Source: an uncultured delta proteobacterium
GTDB lineage: Bacteria; Desulfobacterota; Binatia; UBA9968
Direction: 5' to 3'
Length of the DNA: 64,000 nucleotides
Assembly (NCBI GenBank): GCA_963771465.1
Contig: CAVYTU010000017.1
Span: 736,001-800,000, forward strand
In this document: piece by piece, positions 21,938-32,091 of the stretch
Numbering within the stretch: the stretch's first letter is position 1
How the letters are laid out: the number at the start of each line of letters is the position of its first letter
Made by a program: the position numbers and the translations under genes
Notes under the pieces: model-generated
Told to the model about the DNA's origin: nothing
Database searches by the model: none
Seen by the model: the letters and a program-made list of their open reading frames with translations, nothing else

Positions 21938-22669
21938 GTGAAGATCAAACTCACCATTGAGTACGACGGGACGAATTACCACGGCTGGCAGATTCAGCAG
22001 AACTGCGAATCGATACAGGCGGTCCTTGAACGCGCACTGGCAATTTTCTTACGCACCTTCACCCGCGTCGCGGCGGCGGGTCGTACCGATGCCGGCGTTC
22101 ACGCCTTAGGGCAAGTCGCTACTTTCGACACAGAGCATGAATATAAACCGCACCGAATCCGGCGCGCCCTCAACGCTCTCACGCCGCCAGATATCACGAT
22201 CAAGGAAGTGGAGTCCGTGCCAGACTCGTTCGATCCCCGGCGCGACGCGCGCGGTCGAGTGTACGAGTATCATATCCTCAATCGGCCGACACCATCGCCG
22301 TTCTATCGCAACCGCGCTTGGCATTTGCATGAGCGGTTGAATGTGGCGGCGATGCGCGCCGCGATTTCCTGCTTACCCGGCGAACATGACTTTACTTCGT
22401 TTCGCGCCGGCGACTGCGACGCGGCGCATCCGATTCGCAGGGTCTTTCAAACCTCCCTCGAGCAGCGCGGCGAGTTGCTGGTGTTTAGCATCGAAGCCAC
22501 AGCGTTTTTGCGTCACATGGTGCGCAATATCGTCGGCACGCTGGTCGAAGTGGGAACTGGCCGGCGCTCGATGGAAGAGTTTCAGCAGTTGCTGGAACTG
22601 AATGAGCGCAGTAAAGCCGGCGATACCGCGCCGCCGAATGGATTGTATTTGGTAAAGGTTGACTACTAG
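21938..22669 (+). CDS. truA: tRNA pseudouridine(38-40) synthase
   Basis: EYDGTNYHGWQ, GRTDAGVHA, GEHDFTSF, FLRHMVR, APPNGLYL. Confidence 0.97.
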   Translation: MKIKLTIEYDGTNYHGWQIQQNCESIQAVLERALAIFLRTFTRVAAAGRTDAGVHALGQVATFDTEHEYKPHRIRRALNALTPPDITIKEVESVPDSFDPRRDARGRVYEYHILNRPTPSPFYRNRAWHLHERLNVAAMRAAISCLPGEHDFTSFRAGDCDAAHPIRRVFQTSLEQRGELLVFSIEATAFLRHMVRNIVGTLVEVGTGRRSMEEFQQLLELNERSKAGDTAPPNGLYLVKVDY

Positions 22670-22790
22670 CCTCACTAACTCGGTTCAGGCGCGAATGGAC
22701 CAGGGGACTTTTACGTCGGCTGGAACCGTTTATTCAGCAGCAAGCGGTAATGGGCAACCGTCTCAGAGTCGATCGTCAAGCGATGACGAA

Positions 22791-23782
22791 TCATCCAAAC
22801 GGGGTCGCGTCGCGTAGCCAAGCCCTCTGGCCAGCCGACAAAGGTCCGGAGCGAAAGAAAAGCGGATTCGCCGAGATCGCTTTCTCCGCGAACAGCCAGT
22901 GATAATGCAAGTGAATCAGATGGGGGAAAACAGTCTTGACCAATACCGGATCAACCCGGTCGTGCGAGTGCAACGGATAATTGTAGGTTGGCGGTAGCTG
23001 TCGAACTCGTCGAGTGGTGCTCCAGATTGCTAAAGACAGCGCTGCCTGGTTTGAGCCCCAGAGCTTACCCGCCTCACCTTCGACCCAGCCTACACCGGAC
23101 CGAATCGGGATCGTTTTAGCGTACGGTCGAAGGCCTTGACGGATGGACGTAAAGAAAAAGTCTGCCCATTTGCGCAGGATTCCGAGATCGCCCTGGCCAC
23201 TACCAGCCGCCGTTGTAGCTCGCCTTGATTCGATGGCGGTCAATAGAAGTTTCGCTCCAAGGGATTTCGTCATAATCGACGCCACAGCAGCGGCATAGAG
23301 CTTGCCGATAGATGTCGAAGCCGTCCGGCGGGCCATCGGTACACATCCCTTTTATATCGACGGGTCGCAGCGCCACATCAATATCCGGTGCCAGGAGAAA
23401 TTCGCACGGCTCGCGCAAGAAAAGCGTGTCGCTATCCAGGATCACCAGAATTTCGTGTCGGCGCGGCGCCTCGATGTGCGCGGCTGCCGCTACCCGATTG
23501 GCCGATCCGTACTCACGACATTCCGAATTAAGAATCGTGTCGCTGTAGTGCACCCGCAGATCGTCGAGTCTTCTGCGAGTGTCGATGGAAATCGCGTGTT
23601 CGGCGCGCGGCGAGAGCGCATAAATGGCGCAGTCTTAAAGCGACCCGTATAGCGATGCATGCAACAAAGCCGACATCGGGTTTTTCAGTTACGGAAAACG
23701 CTGCTGGAGTGTCCATTTCTACCGATGGACGAGTCGCATGCCGCACGTTGATGCGAGATAAAATGCGCAGAAGTGATTTCAT
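22791..23782 (-). pseudogene. Frameshifted glycosyltransferase-like (GT-A, DxD) gene
   Basis: Three overlapping minus-strand frames (23528-23782, 23200-23553, 22791-23336) read as one protein: GFVACI / AIYALSPR...YGSANR...LVILDSDTLFL...YNGG / W...NQAALS...LP..YNYPL...HLHYH. Confidence 0.6.
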
Positions 23783-24022
23783 TATTCGGTTGGTAGTCGG
23801 ACAGCTGATAGAGAAGCCACGCCGAGCCGTTGGAGATCGGCTATCTCAAATTGCTCTACACGACTTGCAAGATTTCTTGTTGATCCGTATCGCCACTTAT
23901 GATTCGAAAGTCAAGCCACGTTTACGGTTTCAATATCGTCTCATTCTCCCATAGGTGCGAGGCGAATGATTGGTGTAGCGAATGACACGTCGGGACTCTG
24001 CGATCCCTGCGTTGATTGTTAT

Positions 24023-24051
24023 TTGACAGCAAGAGCCGATTTACTTATACC
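24023..24051 (+). promoter_or_regulatory. sigma70-type promoter
   Basis: TTGACA, 17 bp, TATACC. Confidence 0.6.
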
Positions 24052-24096
24052 CAAGCGAAGAGTTCGATTTTGCGCGAAAATCCTGGGAGGGTTTCA

Positions 24097-25011
24097 ATGA
24101 TGATGCCGCAACACGATAACTTTTACGATGTTTACTCGAAGGCGAAGAAGATCAAGATCCAATGGCCCAACGACGCGCGCATGGCGATCGCATTGGCCGG
24201 CAATCTGGAAGCTTGGACCGAGATTCCTAACGCCAAGCACCGGCGCACGCATCATGTCGGCGGATCGAATCCGATCAAGGAAGACGACGTGGTGTCTCAG
24301 TACGATTGCCGAACTGCGAGCGAGAATGATTACGGCGGCCGAACTGGCGTGTGGCGGATTCTTCGCATCCTCGACAAGTACGATGTGAAGGCGTCATTCA
24401 ATACCAACGCGCTCTGTATTTATCGCTATCCAGAGGCCGTGAAGGCGGTACATGAACGCGGTCATGAGATCGTGGGCCATTCGTATGCAGAAGACATTCA
24501 GCTCACACAGCTGACTGCCGAGCAGGAGCGCGATGAGATTCGCACCTGCGCCAAGATGTTCGAAGATTTCACCGGAGTGCGTCCAACCGGCTGGCTGACC
24601 TCCGGCATGCGCCACACGGAACGGACGTTGGCGATTCTCGCCGATGAAGGTTTTGCTTGGCATGGCGACGCGGTCAACGACGACAATCCCTATCCTGCGA
24701 CCATCAACGGCAAGACGATGATAATTGTGCCGTATAAAAATGCCGTCAGCGGCTTGAACGACACCGGTATGTATCGGCGCGGCATCACGGCGCGCGATGT
24801 GTTCAATTCATTCAAAGACGAGTTCGATCTGCTTTATGAAGAATCGGCGACCGAGCCCAAGATGCTGACGCTGGCGATGCATTGTCAGATGGCTTTTCCA
24901 GCGACAGGAAAAGTTTACGACGACTGTATTAAATATGCGAAAACGTTTCCCGATCTTTGGTTCGCGAAAAGAGGTGAGATCGTTGAGTGGGTAAAGAAGA
25001 CCTGCTTGTAA
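24097..25011 (+). CDS. Polysaccharide deacetylase family (CE4, PuuE-like) protein
   Basis: WPNDARMAIAL, DYGGRTGVWRILRILD, GHEIVGHSY, RPTGW, FKDEFDLLYEE. GGGAGG RBS. Confidence 0.85.
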   Translation: MMMPQHDNFYDVYSKAKKIKIQWPNDARMAIALAGNLEAWTEIPNAKHRRTHHVGGSNPIKEDDVVSQYDCRTASENDYGGRTGVWRILRILDKYDVKASFNTNALCIYRYPEAVKAVHERGHEIVGHSYAEDIQLTQLTAEQERDEIRTCAKMFEDFTGVRPTGWLTSGMRHTERTLAILADEGFAWHGDAVNDDNPYPATINGKTMIIVPYKNAVSGLNDTGMYRRGITARDVFNSFKDEFDLLYEESATEPKMLTLAMHCQMAFPATGKVYDDCIKYAKTFPDLWFAKRGEIVEWVKKTCL

Positions 25012-25077
25012 TACCATCACTCCGTCGATTTGTGTTATTTCCTCTCCCTGAGGGAAAGGATGTAAGCAGGAGAGGAT

Positions 25078-26460
25078 ATGTGCGACACAGCCGATGACGG
25101 CGTCGGGATTAGCGATTCGCTGCCGCATGAATTGCAGCTCCGCAACCAAGGACTGCGCACTGCAGATATCTCAGCGCTGATGCCCGTTGCCCGCAAGCTG
25201 GCGAGTTCGCGTGAGAACCGCGATAGCCATATCGGCTTTGTCGGTTACGACAAGACTAAAGCGGGCAACAAGATTCTCATCGCCATCGACCGCGAGTACG
25301 ATCTCGACGTTCCCCACGCGGTAGCCGCCGCGCTGCGCGAGAAAGGTGCCCACGTCGATCTGCTGGTTGCCGACATGGGCAGTCCCGACCGCCTCTTCGA
25401 CTACACCGACGAAGTCGACGTGATTATGCGGCGGGAACCGTGGGAAAATAATCCACGCCGCTGGGAGGGCATGCCTTACATCGAGGACTTCGCGCTGCGC
25501 GGCGGCTATGATTTGCTCATTCACGGCAAAGGCGGGCCGATTCCGCAAACCGAATTTCGCTACGAACAGATTCCCTGGCTCCGCGCCGAGCATTTCTTGC
25601 AGCGCTCGACGACCTATCCGCTCGATTTGCATTTGCTGATCAACAAAAAAACCTGGGACCCAATCTGGGAGTACTGCCGCGGCGGGCGCGCACGGCTGAC
25701 GGATGCCGAAGGGACGGATATCTCTTGGACCTACTGGGATGAGTATTACGACGGCACGCGCTACGGCTTTTCCTCGACGCCGCGCAACGGCCATCTGTTC
25801 GGCCATCCGGTGCCGCCAATCATCGCTAAAGAAGATGCCAGCGGCGTGGTCGCTGGCACGACGAGCCATTTCTCCAAAGCATTTCCACAGGTCCAGGTCG
25901 ACTTGGAAGGCGGGCAAGTTGTCAAAGTTCTTGGCGGCGCTGCGTACGGCGATGCATGGCGAACTTTGCTCAATGAAAGTAGAAATACCAAGTATCCCTG
26001 TTTCCCACGGCCCGGATTATTTTATCTGTGGGAAGTGGCGATCGGAACCAATCCGAAGATCATGCGACCTAGCCGCATCGAGAAACACTCTTCCGGCGGC
26101 TTCGAGTGGGAGCGGCGCCGTTCCGGCGTGATTCACATGGGCTTCGGTACCTTGTGGCGTTCGGCAGAGGAGAAATGGGCAGGAGAGAACGGCATTCTCT
26201 ACGGCCATCTGCATATTCATTTGCTGTTCCCGACCTTCAACGTCACGACCAAGAGCGGCAAGGAATATACGATCATTCGTAGCGGCAGACTAACCGCCCT
26301 CGACGATCCCGAAGTACGCAAGCTCGCCGAGAAATACGGCGACCCCGACGATCTCTTGCGCGAAGATTGGATCCCGCAAATACCGGGGATCACTTCGACA
26401 GGCTCGTATGAAGATTACGCGCGCAATCCGGGGCAGTGGATTTACGGACAGAACGCGTAA
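25078..26460 (+). CDS. Hypothetical metalloenzyme, aminopeptidase-T(M29)/NicX-like fold suspected
   Basis: 460-aa ORF with GAGG RBS; WEVAIGTNPK, GVIHMGFG, GHLHIH near the C-terminus. Confidence 0.55.
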   Translation: MCDTADDGVGISDSLPHELQLRNQGLRTADISALMPVARKLASSRENRDSHIGFVGYDKTKAGNKILIAIDREYDLDVPHAVAAALREKGAHVDLLVADMGSPDRLFDYTDEVDVIMRREPWENNPRRWEGMPYIEDFALRGGYDLLIHGKGGPIPQTEFRYEQIPWLRAEHFLQRSTTYPLDLHLLINKKTWDPIWEYCRGGRARLTDAEGTDISWTYWDEYYDGTRYGFSSTPRNGHLFGHPVPPIIAKEDASGVVAGTTSHFSKAFPQVQVDLEGGQVVKVLGGAAYGDAWRTLLNESRNTKYPCFPRPGLFYLWEVAIGTNPKIMRPSRIEKHSSGGFEWERRRSGVIHMGFGTLWRSAEEKWAGENGILYGHLHIHLLFPTFNVTTKSGKEYTIIRSGRLTALDDPEVRKLAEKYGDPDDLLREDWIPQIPGITSTGSYEDYARNPGQWIYGQNA

Positions 26461-26683
26461 TAAATCGGCTGGAGAGACGGTCCGAAGTGGCGCGCCGAAT
26501 GGAGAAAGTGGGCTTGTAATATTTGGATTCCAAGGACTGAGTTCCTGATTGCGAATATCCGCCGATGAAACACCCCCCGCAAATTGCTTCGAGGTGTTTC
26601 ATTGTATAAAGGCTGGACTGCTAAGTGACGCTCGCGTAATCTTTCTCCGCGGCACTCCCAACCGGCCAATTTTTGTCTAGAAG

Positions 26684-27064
26684 ATGCCAAATTCAATGAG
26701 CACAATTCTAGTTGCTGAAGACATCGAAGCCGATCGCATGATTGTTGTCACCTTGCTCAATGCGGAGGGACATACGGTGCTGGAGGCCATCGATGGTCAG
26801 GCCGGGCTGGAGTCTTTGCGTAAGGAGCGCCCGGACCTGGCAATACTCGATGTGAACCTGCCCGCGATGGATGGGTTAAGTGTCATTAAGGAGATGCGTG
26901 CAGATTCATCTATTGCCGATATTCCGGTGATGTTTTGCACCGCTTGGTACGATGAATACAACACCGAAAGAGCGATCCGCTCATCTGGCTATCCCGTTAT
27001 CTCAAATCCGATATCGTTTGAGCACCTTGTGAGGACCGTGAACGCGGCGCTAGGTCTGAAGTAG
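26684..27064 (+). CDS. Single-domain response regulator (receiver)
   Basis: ILVAED, PDLAILDVNLPAMDG, IPVMFCTA. Start may be ATG 26696. Confidence 0.85.
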   Translation: MPNSMSTILVAEDIEADRMIVVTLLNAEGHTVLEAIDGQAGLESLRKERPDLAILDVNLPAMDGLSVIKEMRADSSIADIPVMFCTAWYDEYNTERAIRSSGYPVISNPISFEHLVRTVNAALGLK

Positions 27065-27152
27065 CCAACTATACAGATACGCGGAGGAGAATCGCGCTGC
27101 ATTTCGCGCTCCTCCTGCTTCGATCGCCCATCATTCGGCAAATTTCTGGCTC

Positions 27153-27181
27153 TTGAAGTCCTAGATACCGACCGATATTAT
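27153..27181 (+). promoter_or_regulatory. sigma70-type promoter for leuCD
   Basis: TTGAAG, 17 bp, TATTAT, immediately before the AAGGAG RBS. Confidence 0.6.
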
Positions 27182-27203
27182 CGCGCCCAAGGAGAATTTT
27201 TCG

Positions 27204-28601
27204 ATGGCCGGACGGACTCTTTACGATAAGATTTGGCAATCCCATAGCGTGGGTGTTTTGCCGACAGGGCAAACCCAGCTATTTATCGGGCTTCATCTGA
27301 TTCACGAGATCACCACGGCGCCGGCGTTCGATATGCTGCGTGAGAAGGGTATGGACGTGGCATTTCCTGATCGGACGTTTGCGACTGTGGATCATATCGT
27401 ACCGACGGACATGCGCCAGCGGCCCTTTCTCGATCAGGAAGCGGAAGAACTGATTCAGGCGTTAGAAAGAAACGTCAAACAATTCGGCGTTGAATTCTTC
27501 GGTCTCGACAGCATGAATCAAGGCATCGTCCATGTGATCGGCCCGCAGCTGGGTCTCACGCAGCCCGGCATGACACTCGCCTGTGGCGACAGCCACACGA
27601 GCACGCACGGCGCATTCGGTGCCTTGGCTTTTGGCATCGGCACCAGCCAGGTGCGTGATGTGTTGGCGACGCAGACTCTGGCGATGGACAAGTTGAAAGT
27701 GCGCCGCATCAACGTCAACGGCACGCTCGGAGTCGGAGTTTACGCCAAGGATGTGATTCTCCATATCATTCGCAATTTAGGCGTCGGCGGCGGCAAAGGT
27801 TTCGCGTACGAATACGGCGGCGCGGTGATCGACCGGATGAACATGGAAGAGCGCATGACCGTGTGCAACATGAGCATCGAAGGCGGCGCGCTGGTGGGAT
27901 ACGTCAATCCGGATCAGACGACTTTTGATTATATCAATGGCCGTCCCCAAGCGCCCAAGGGCGAAGCCTTCGATCGGGCGGTGAAGTACTGGCAGTCGGT
28001 TGCCAGCGATAGCGATGCCGTGTTTGACGATGTCATCAACTACGACGGCAAGGATATCGAACCGACGGTGACTTGGGGCATCAATCCCGGCCAATCGGTT
28101 GGTGTGTCAGAAAACTTGCCCAAGCCGGAAACGTCGGCCGATCCTGACAGCGCCAAGAAGGCTTACGAACATATGGGCTGGACGCCCGGCGCGCCGATCA
28201 TCGGCACGCCGGTCAACGTTGCTTTCATCGGCTCGTGTACCAACGGCCGGCTAGCCGATTTCCGCGTGGCGGCAAGAATTGCCAAAGGCAGAAAAGTATA
28301 TCCCAACGTCCGCGCCTTGGTGGTCCCCGGTTCGGCGGAAGTTAAAAAGCTCGCCGAACAGGAAGGATTGGACAAGATCTTCGAAGCAGCGGGATTTGAG
28401 TGGCGCGAAGCGGGCTGTTCGATGTGCTTGGCGATGAATCCAGATAAACTCAACGGTCGGGAAATCTCCGCGTCGTCTTCCAACCGCAATTTCATCGGCC
28501 GGCAGGGGAGCCCGCAGGGACGGACATTGCTCATGAGCCCGGCGATGGTCGTGGCGGCGGCGCTCAATGGCAAAGTCGTCGACGTGCGCCAGTACGAGTA
28601 A
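27204..28601 (+). CDS. leuC: 3-isopropylmalate dehydratase large subunit
   Basis: [49 protein letters not shown]. Confidence 0.98.
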   Translation: MAGRTLYDKIWQSHSVGVLPTGQTQLFIGLHLIHEITTAPAFDMLREKGMDVAFPDRTFATVDHIVPTDMRQRPFLDQEAEELIQALERNVKQFGVEFFGLDSMNQGIVHVIGPQLGLTQPGMTLACGDSHTSTHGAFGALAFGIGTSQVRDVLATQTLAMDKLKVRRINVNGTLGVGVYAKDVILHIIRNLGVGGGKGFAYEYGGAVIDRMNMEERMTVCNMSIEGGALVGYVNPDQTTFDYINGRPQAPKGEAFDRAVKYWQSVASDSDAVFDDVINYDGKDIEPTVTWGINPGQSVGVSENLPKPETSADPDSAKKAYEHMGWTPGAPIIGTPVNVAFIGSCTNGRLADFRVAARIAKGRKVYPNVRALVVPGSAEVKKLAEQEGLDKIFEAAGFEWREAGCSMCLAMNPDKLNGREISASSSNRNFIGRQGSPQGRTLLMSPAMVVAAALNGKVVDVRQYE

Positions 28602-28611
28602 GCGAGGCAAC

Positions 28612-29226
28612 ATGAGCGAGATTATCAAAATCGTCAAAATCAGCGGCACCGCCGTGCCCATGCGCGGCAACGAGATCGATACCGACCGGATCATTCCGGC
28701 GCGCTACTTAAAAGAAGTGACTTTCGCGCGCATGGGCGACTATCCATTCTTCGACGAGCGCTATAGCAGCGACGGTAAGAAGAAAGATCATCCGTTCAAC
28801 GATCCCGAATATAGCGGCGCGTCGGTGCTATTCGTCAACAAGAATTTCGGCTGCGGCTCGTCGCGGGAACACGCGCCCCAGGCGCTCAACCGCTTCGGCA
28901 TCAAGGTGATCGTCGGCGAATCCTTCGCGGCGATCTTTGCCGGCAACTGCACGATGATGGGATTGCCGACCGTCACCGTCAGCGAAAAAGACATGCAACA
29001 ACTGATGAAGAGCGTCGAAGAAAATCCCCAGACCGAGTATAGCGTCGATCTCGACAGCAAGACGCTTACCTACGGCAGCGATAGAATCTCTATCGACCTG
29101 CCGGAAACGTACCGCACTGCGCTTACCGCCGGGTCGTGGGACTCGACCGCGCTCTTGCGCGCGAACCTCGACCAGGTTAAGAAGACCGCGGCCCAACTGC
29201 CTTACATCGACAATTTCGCCGGCTAG
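28612..29226 (+). CDS. leuD: 3-isopropylmalate dehydratase small subunit
   Basis: IDTDRIIPARYL, NFGCGSSREHAPQAL, SFAAIFAGNC. Confidence 0.98.
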   Translation: MSEIIKIVKISGTAVPMRGNEIDTDRIIPARYLKEVTFARMGDYPFFDERYSSDGKKKDHPFNDPEYSGASVLFVNKNFGCGSSREHAPQALNRFGIKVIVGESFAAIFAGNCTMMGLPTVTVSEKDMQQLMKSVEENPQTEYSVDLDSKTLTYGSDRISIDLPETYRTALTAGSWDSTALLRANLDQVKKTAAQLPYIDNFAG

Positions 29227-29272
29227 ATTCGACTTGATTCGACGGAGCGGTGACGGGTTTCGAGAATGATCG

Positions 29273-29971
29273 ATGTCTGAACGGATCGTTTCCATGCATG
29301 CCGCCCATCGTAGCGGCAAAGAAGTCGTCGATGGTTTTCTTTCGCGTCCATCGATTGGCGGCGAACGGCCGGCGGTCGTTTTAGTCCATGGTTATCGCGG
29401 ACTCGACGACGGCCAGCGCGCGGTGACGCGGCGATTCGCTCAGGAAGGTTTTGTTTGCCTCTCGCCCGACCTTTTTCACGGCAAGACCTATCACACGCTG
29501 GAAGATTGCGCGCTCAAGAAGACTTCACTCGATATTCCGCGCGCCGTTGCCAACATCGTCGACAGCGTACCCTATCTCAGAAAACTGCCGTGGGTCGGCA
29601 AGAAAAAAATCGCTGTCTTGGGTTTCTGCATGGGCGGCGGTTTGGCGCTCTACGCCTTGGCCCAATCCAAAGCCTTCGATGCCGGCGTGATCTATTACCA
29701 AAGCATGTTTCCCGACCCGGAGGATTTAAAGAGCATCAGCGCGCCGATGCTTTGCCACTACGGTACCGAGGATCACGGCACGACTCAAACAGAAATCGAC
29801 ATGTTTCGCGAGAGCCTGGACCGCTACAAAAGAAAGTATCAGATCGAGATGTATGCCGGCGCCGGTCACGCGTTCTTGAACAATCCATCGAGTAAGATCG
29901 CCGCCAATCGTGGCGCGGCGGAAAAATCGGTTGGTAGCACGACGAAGTGGCTGAAAAAAACATTGGCGTAG
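29273..29971 (+). CDS. Dienelactone hydrolase family protein
   Basis: GFCMGG nucleophile motif, SPDLF, YAGAGHAF. Confidence 0.92.
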   Translation: MSERIVSMHAAHRSGKEVVDGFLSRPSIGGERPAVVLVHGYRGLDDGQRAVTRRFAQEGFVCLSPDLFHGKTYHTLEDCALKKTSLDIPRAVANIVDSVPYLRKLPWVGKKKIAVLGFCMGGGLALYALAQSKAFDAGVIYYQSMFPDPEDLKSISAPMLCHYGTEDHGTTQTEIDMFRESLDRYKRKYQIEMYAGAGHAFLNNPSSKIAANRGAAEKSVGSTTKWLKKTLA

Positions 29972-29998
29972 TTGATGGCGAATGACTGGAGTTTGGTG

Positions 29999-30304
29999 AT
30001 GGCAAATAAATGGGACGAGCGAAAAAAGGCGCAGGAAGATGAATACTTCGTCAAGAAAGAGCGCGAGCAATTGGCCAAGCTTAAGGCCAAGCAGGATGCC
30101 GAAGCCAAAGAGGCGACGAAGATAGCCACTTATATGAAATGCCCCAAATGCGGCGAACCGCTCAAGGCGCGCAGCTTTCAGAAAATCGAGATCGACCAGT
30201 GCACTGGCTGCGGCGGTATTTGGCTCGACTCCGGCGAGTTGGAAAGCGTCGCCGAAAAGGAAGGCGGCAGCTGGTTGGGCAAGTTCTGGCAGAAAAACGG
30301 CTGA
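29999..30304 (+). CDS. zf-TFIIB-type zinc ribbon protein
   Basis: EDEYF coiled-coil N-terminus, MKCPKCG, IDQCTGCGGIWLDSGELE. Confidence 0.85.
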   Translation: MANKWDERKKAQEDEYFVKKEREQLAKLKAKQDAEAKEATKIATYMKCPKCGEPLKARSFQKIEIDQCTGCGGIWLDSGELESVAEKEGGSWLGKFWQKNG

Positions 30305-30355
30305 AGCGGGATGACAATCTAGTTACGTAAGGTCGATTCTAACAAGGAGACGGCG

Positions 30356-30916
30356 ATGAAAAAGCTCATCAGACATGTCGCGATTGTTTTGACGCTAACA
30401 GTGGTTCAGTTCACGGCGCCATTGGGCGCGCAAGAAGGTAAAATTGTTCCTTACGTGCCGACGCCGCAGGAAGTGGTGGATCGGATGCTCGAACTCGCTC
30501 AGGTTAAAGCGGGCGATGTGGTTTACGATCTTGGTTCGGGCGACGGACGGATCGTTGTGACGGCCGCCAAGAAATACGGCGTCAAAGCGATTGGTTTTGA
30601 AATCGACCCGCAGCGGATCAAAGAGTCCCATGAGAATATCAAAAAAGCCGGAGTCGAAAAATTGGTCGAGATTCGCCAGCAGGATATTCGCACCGTCGAT
30701 TTGTCGCAGGCGAGCGTGTTGACCATGTATCTGCTCCCGGAGGTCAATTTAATGATCCGGCCCAATATTTGGAAACAGATGAAAACCGGCTCGCGCATCG
30801 TATCCCACGATTTTGACATGGGCGATTGGAAACCGTTGAAAACCGAGCACATTAAAGACGGTTCGAGTTGGGATCATACGCTTTACCTTTGGCATGTCGA
30901 GGCGGGGAAGAAGTAG
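30356..30916 (+). CDS. Class I SAM-dependent methyltransferase with signal peptide
   Basis: Sec-like signal (MKKLIRHVAIVLTL...PLGA), PYVPTP, VYDLGSGDGRIV, GFEID, RIVSHDF. Confidence 0.9.
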   Translation: MKKLIRHVAIVLTLTVVQFTAPLGAQEGKIVPYVPTPQEVVDRMLELAQVKAGDVVYDLGSGDGRIVVTAAKKYGVKAIGFEIDPQRIKESHENIKKAGVEKLVEIRQQDIRTVDLSQASVLTMYLLPEVNLMIRPNIWKQMKTGSRIVSHDFDMGDWKPLKTEHIKDGSSWDHTLYLWHVEAGKK

Positions 30917-30939
30917 GTACGGTCGAGCGAGTAAATTCC

Positions 30940-32088
30940 ATGAAGCTCAAGCTGATCGTTTGTGGGGCGCTGGCCGCCACTTGTTATCTGACAGAGTCAG
31001 CGTCGGCGCAGATCAAGATCGGTGTCGCCGAGGCGTTGACCGGCAACGCTGCGCAGTATGGCGTGCCGATCCGCAAAGGCATCGAGCTTGCGGCAGGGGA
31101 GATCAACGCTGGCGGCGGGATCAACGGCAGCAAGATCGAGCTTGTCATCGAGGATGAGCAGGGGAAAAAAGAAGAGGCGATCAACGTTTTCAAGAAGCTC
31201 ATTTTTCAAGATAAGGTGCTGATGCTTTTTGGCCCGACCCTGTCCAATTCGGCGCAAGCCTCCGATCCGGTGGCGCAAGCGGCCAAGGTCGTCGTCTTTG
31301 GCACCTCGAATACCGCCGACGGCATCACGTCCATCGGTAACTTTGTTTTCCGCAACTCGGTTACCGAGGCGGATATTTTACCGGTGACGTTGAAAGTGGC
31401 GGCGCAGAAAACCGGCCTGAAAAAAGTCGCGGTGTTTTACGGCAACGACGACATCTTCACCAAGAGCGGCTACGACAATTTCAAGAAAGCGCTGGAGGCG
31501 CTTAAGATTCCGGTGACGACCACGGAGACATTTGCCAAAGGCGATGTGGATTTCAAACCGCAGCTGACCAAGGTCAAGTCGAGCAACCCCGATGCGATCG
31601 TGTTGTCGGCGTTGGTCGCCGAAGGGGCTCCGGCGATGGTTCAAGCCCGGCAACTGGGTATCGCTCTGCCGTTCATCGGCGGCAACGGTATGAACTCCCC
31701 CAAGATTTTCGACCTGGCGAAAGACAATTCTGATAACTTGTGGGTGGGCAGCCCTTGGTCCAGCGAGAATCCCGCGGCCGAGAATAAACGCTTCATCGCC
31801 AGCTATCAGAAAGCGCATGGCGCTTTACCGGACCAGTTTGCCGCGCAAGCCTATGACGCGTTGTATATCGTGGCTCAGGCGCTCAAAAAGATAAAACTCA
31901 ACGGCAAACTGGAAGCGGACCGCGCCGGGCTGCGCAATGCGCTGCCGGCAACTCAATGGGCCGGCGCCACCGGCCCCTTCAAATTCCGCCAGGTTAACGA
32001 CAAGGATGGCAAGCCGGCCGGTTACGACGCCGTGCAAACCGCTATCGTGATGATGACCAAGGGCACTCAGTACGTCATCCAAAAGTAA
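30940..32088 (+). CDS. Branched-chain amino acid-type ABC transporter substrate-binding protein
   Basis: Signal peptide, IKIGVAEALTG, INAGGGING, DFKPQLTK, AAQAYDA. Confidence 0.92.
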   Translation: MKLKLIVCGALAATCYLTESASAQIKIGVAEALTGNAAQYGVPIRKGIELAAGEINAGGGINGSKIELVIEDEQGKKEEAINVFKKLIFQDKVLMLFGPTLSNSAQASDPVAQAAKVVVFGTSNTADGITSIGNFVFRNSVTEADILPVTLKVAAQKTGLKKVAVFYGNDDIFTKSGYDNFKKALEALKIPVTTTETFAKGDVDFKPQLTKVKSSNPDAIVLSALVAEGAPAMVQARQLGIALPFIGGNGMNSPKIFDLAKDNSDNLWVGSPWSSENPAAENKRFIASYQKAHGALPDQFAAQAYDALYIVAQALKKIKLNGKLEADRAGLRNALPATQWAGATGPFKFRQVNDKDGKPAGYDAVQTAIVMMTKGTQYVIQK

Positions 32089-32091
32089 CGG

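Noticed and set aside
26565-26602. Inverted repeat ATGAAACACC/GGTGTTTCAT
   Set aside because: Single hairpin without a clear U-tract or a second copy; function cannot be supported.
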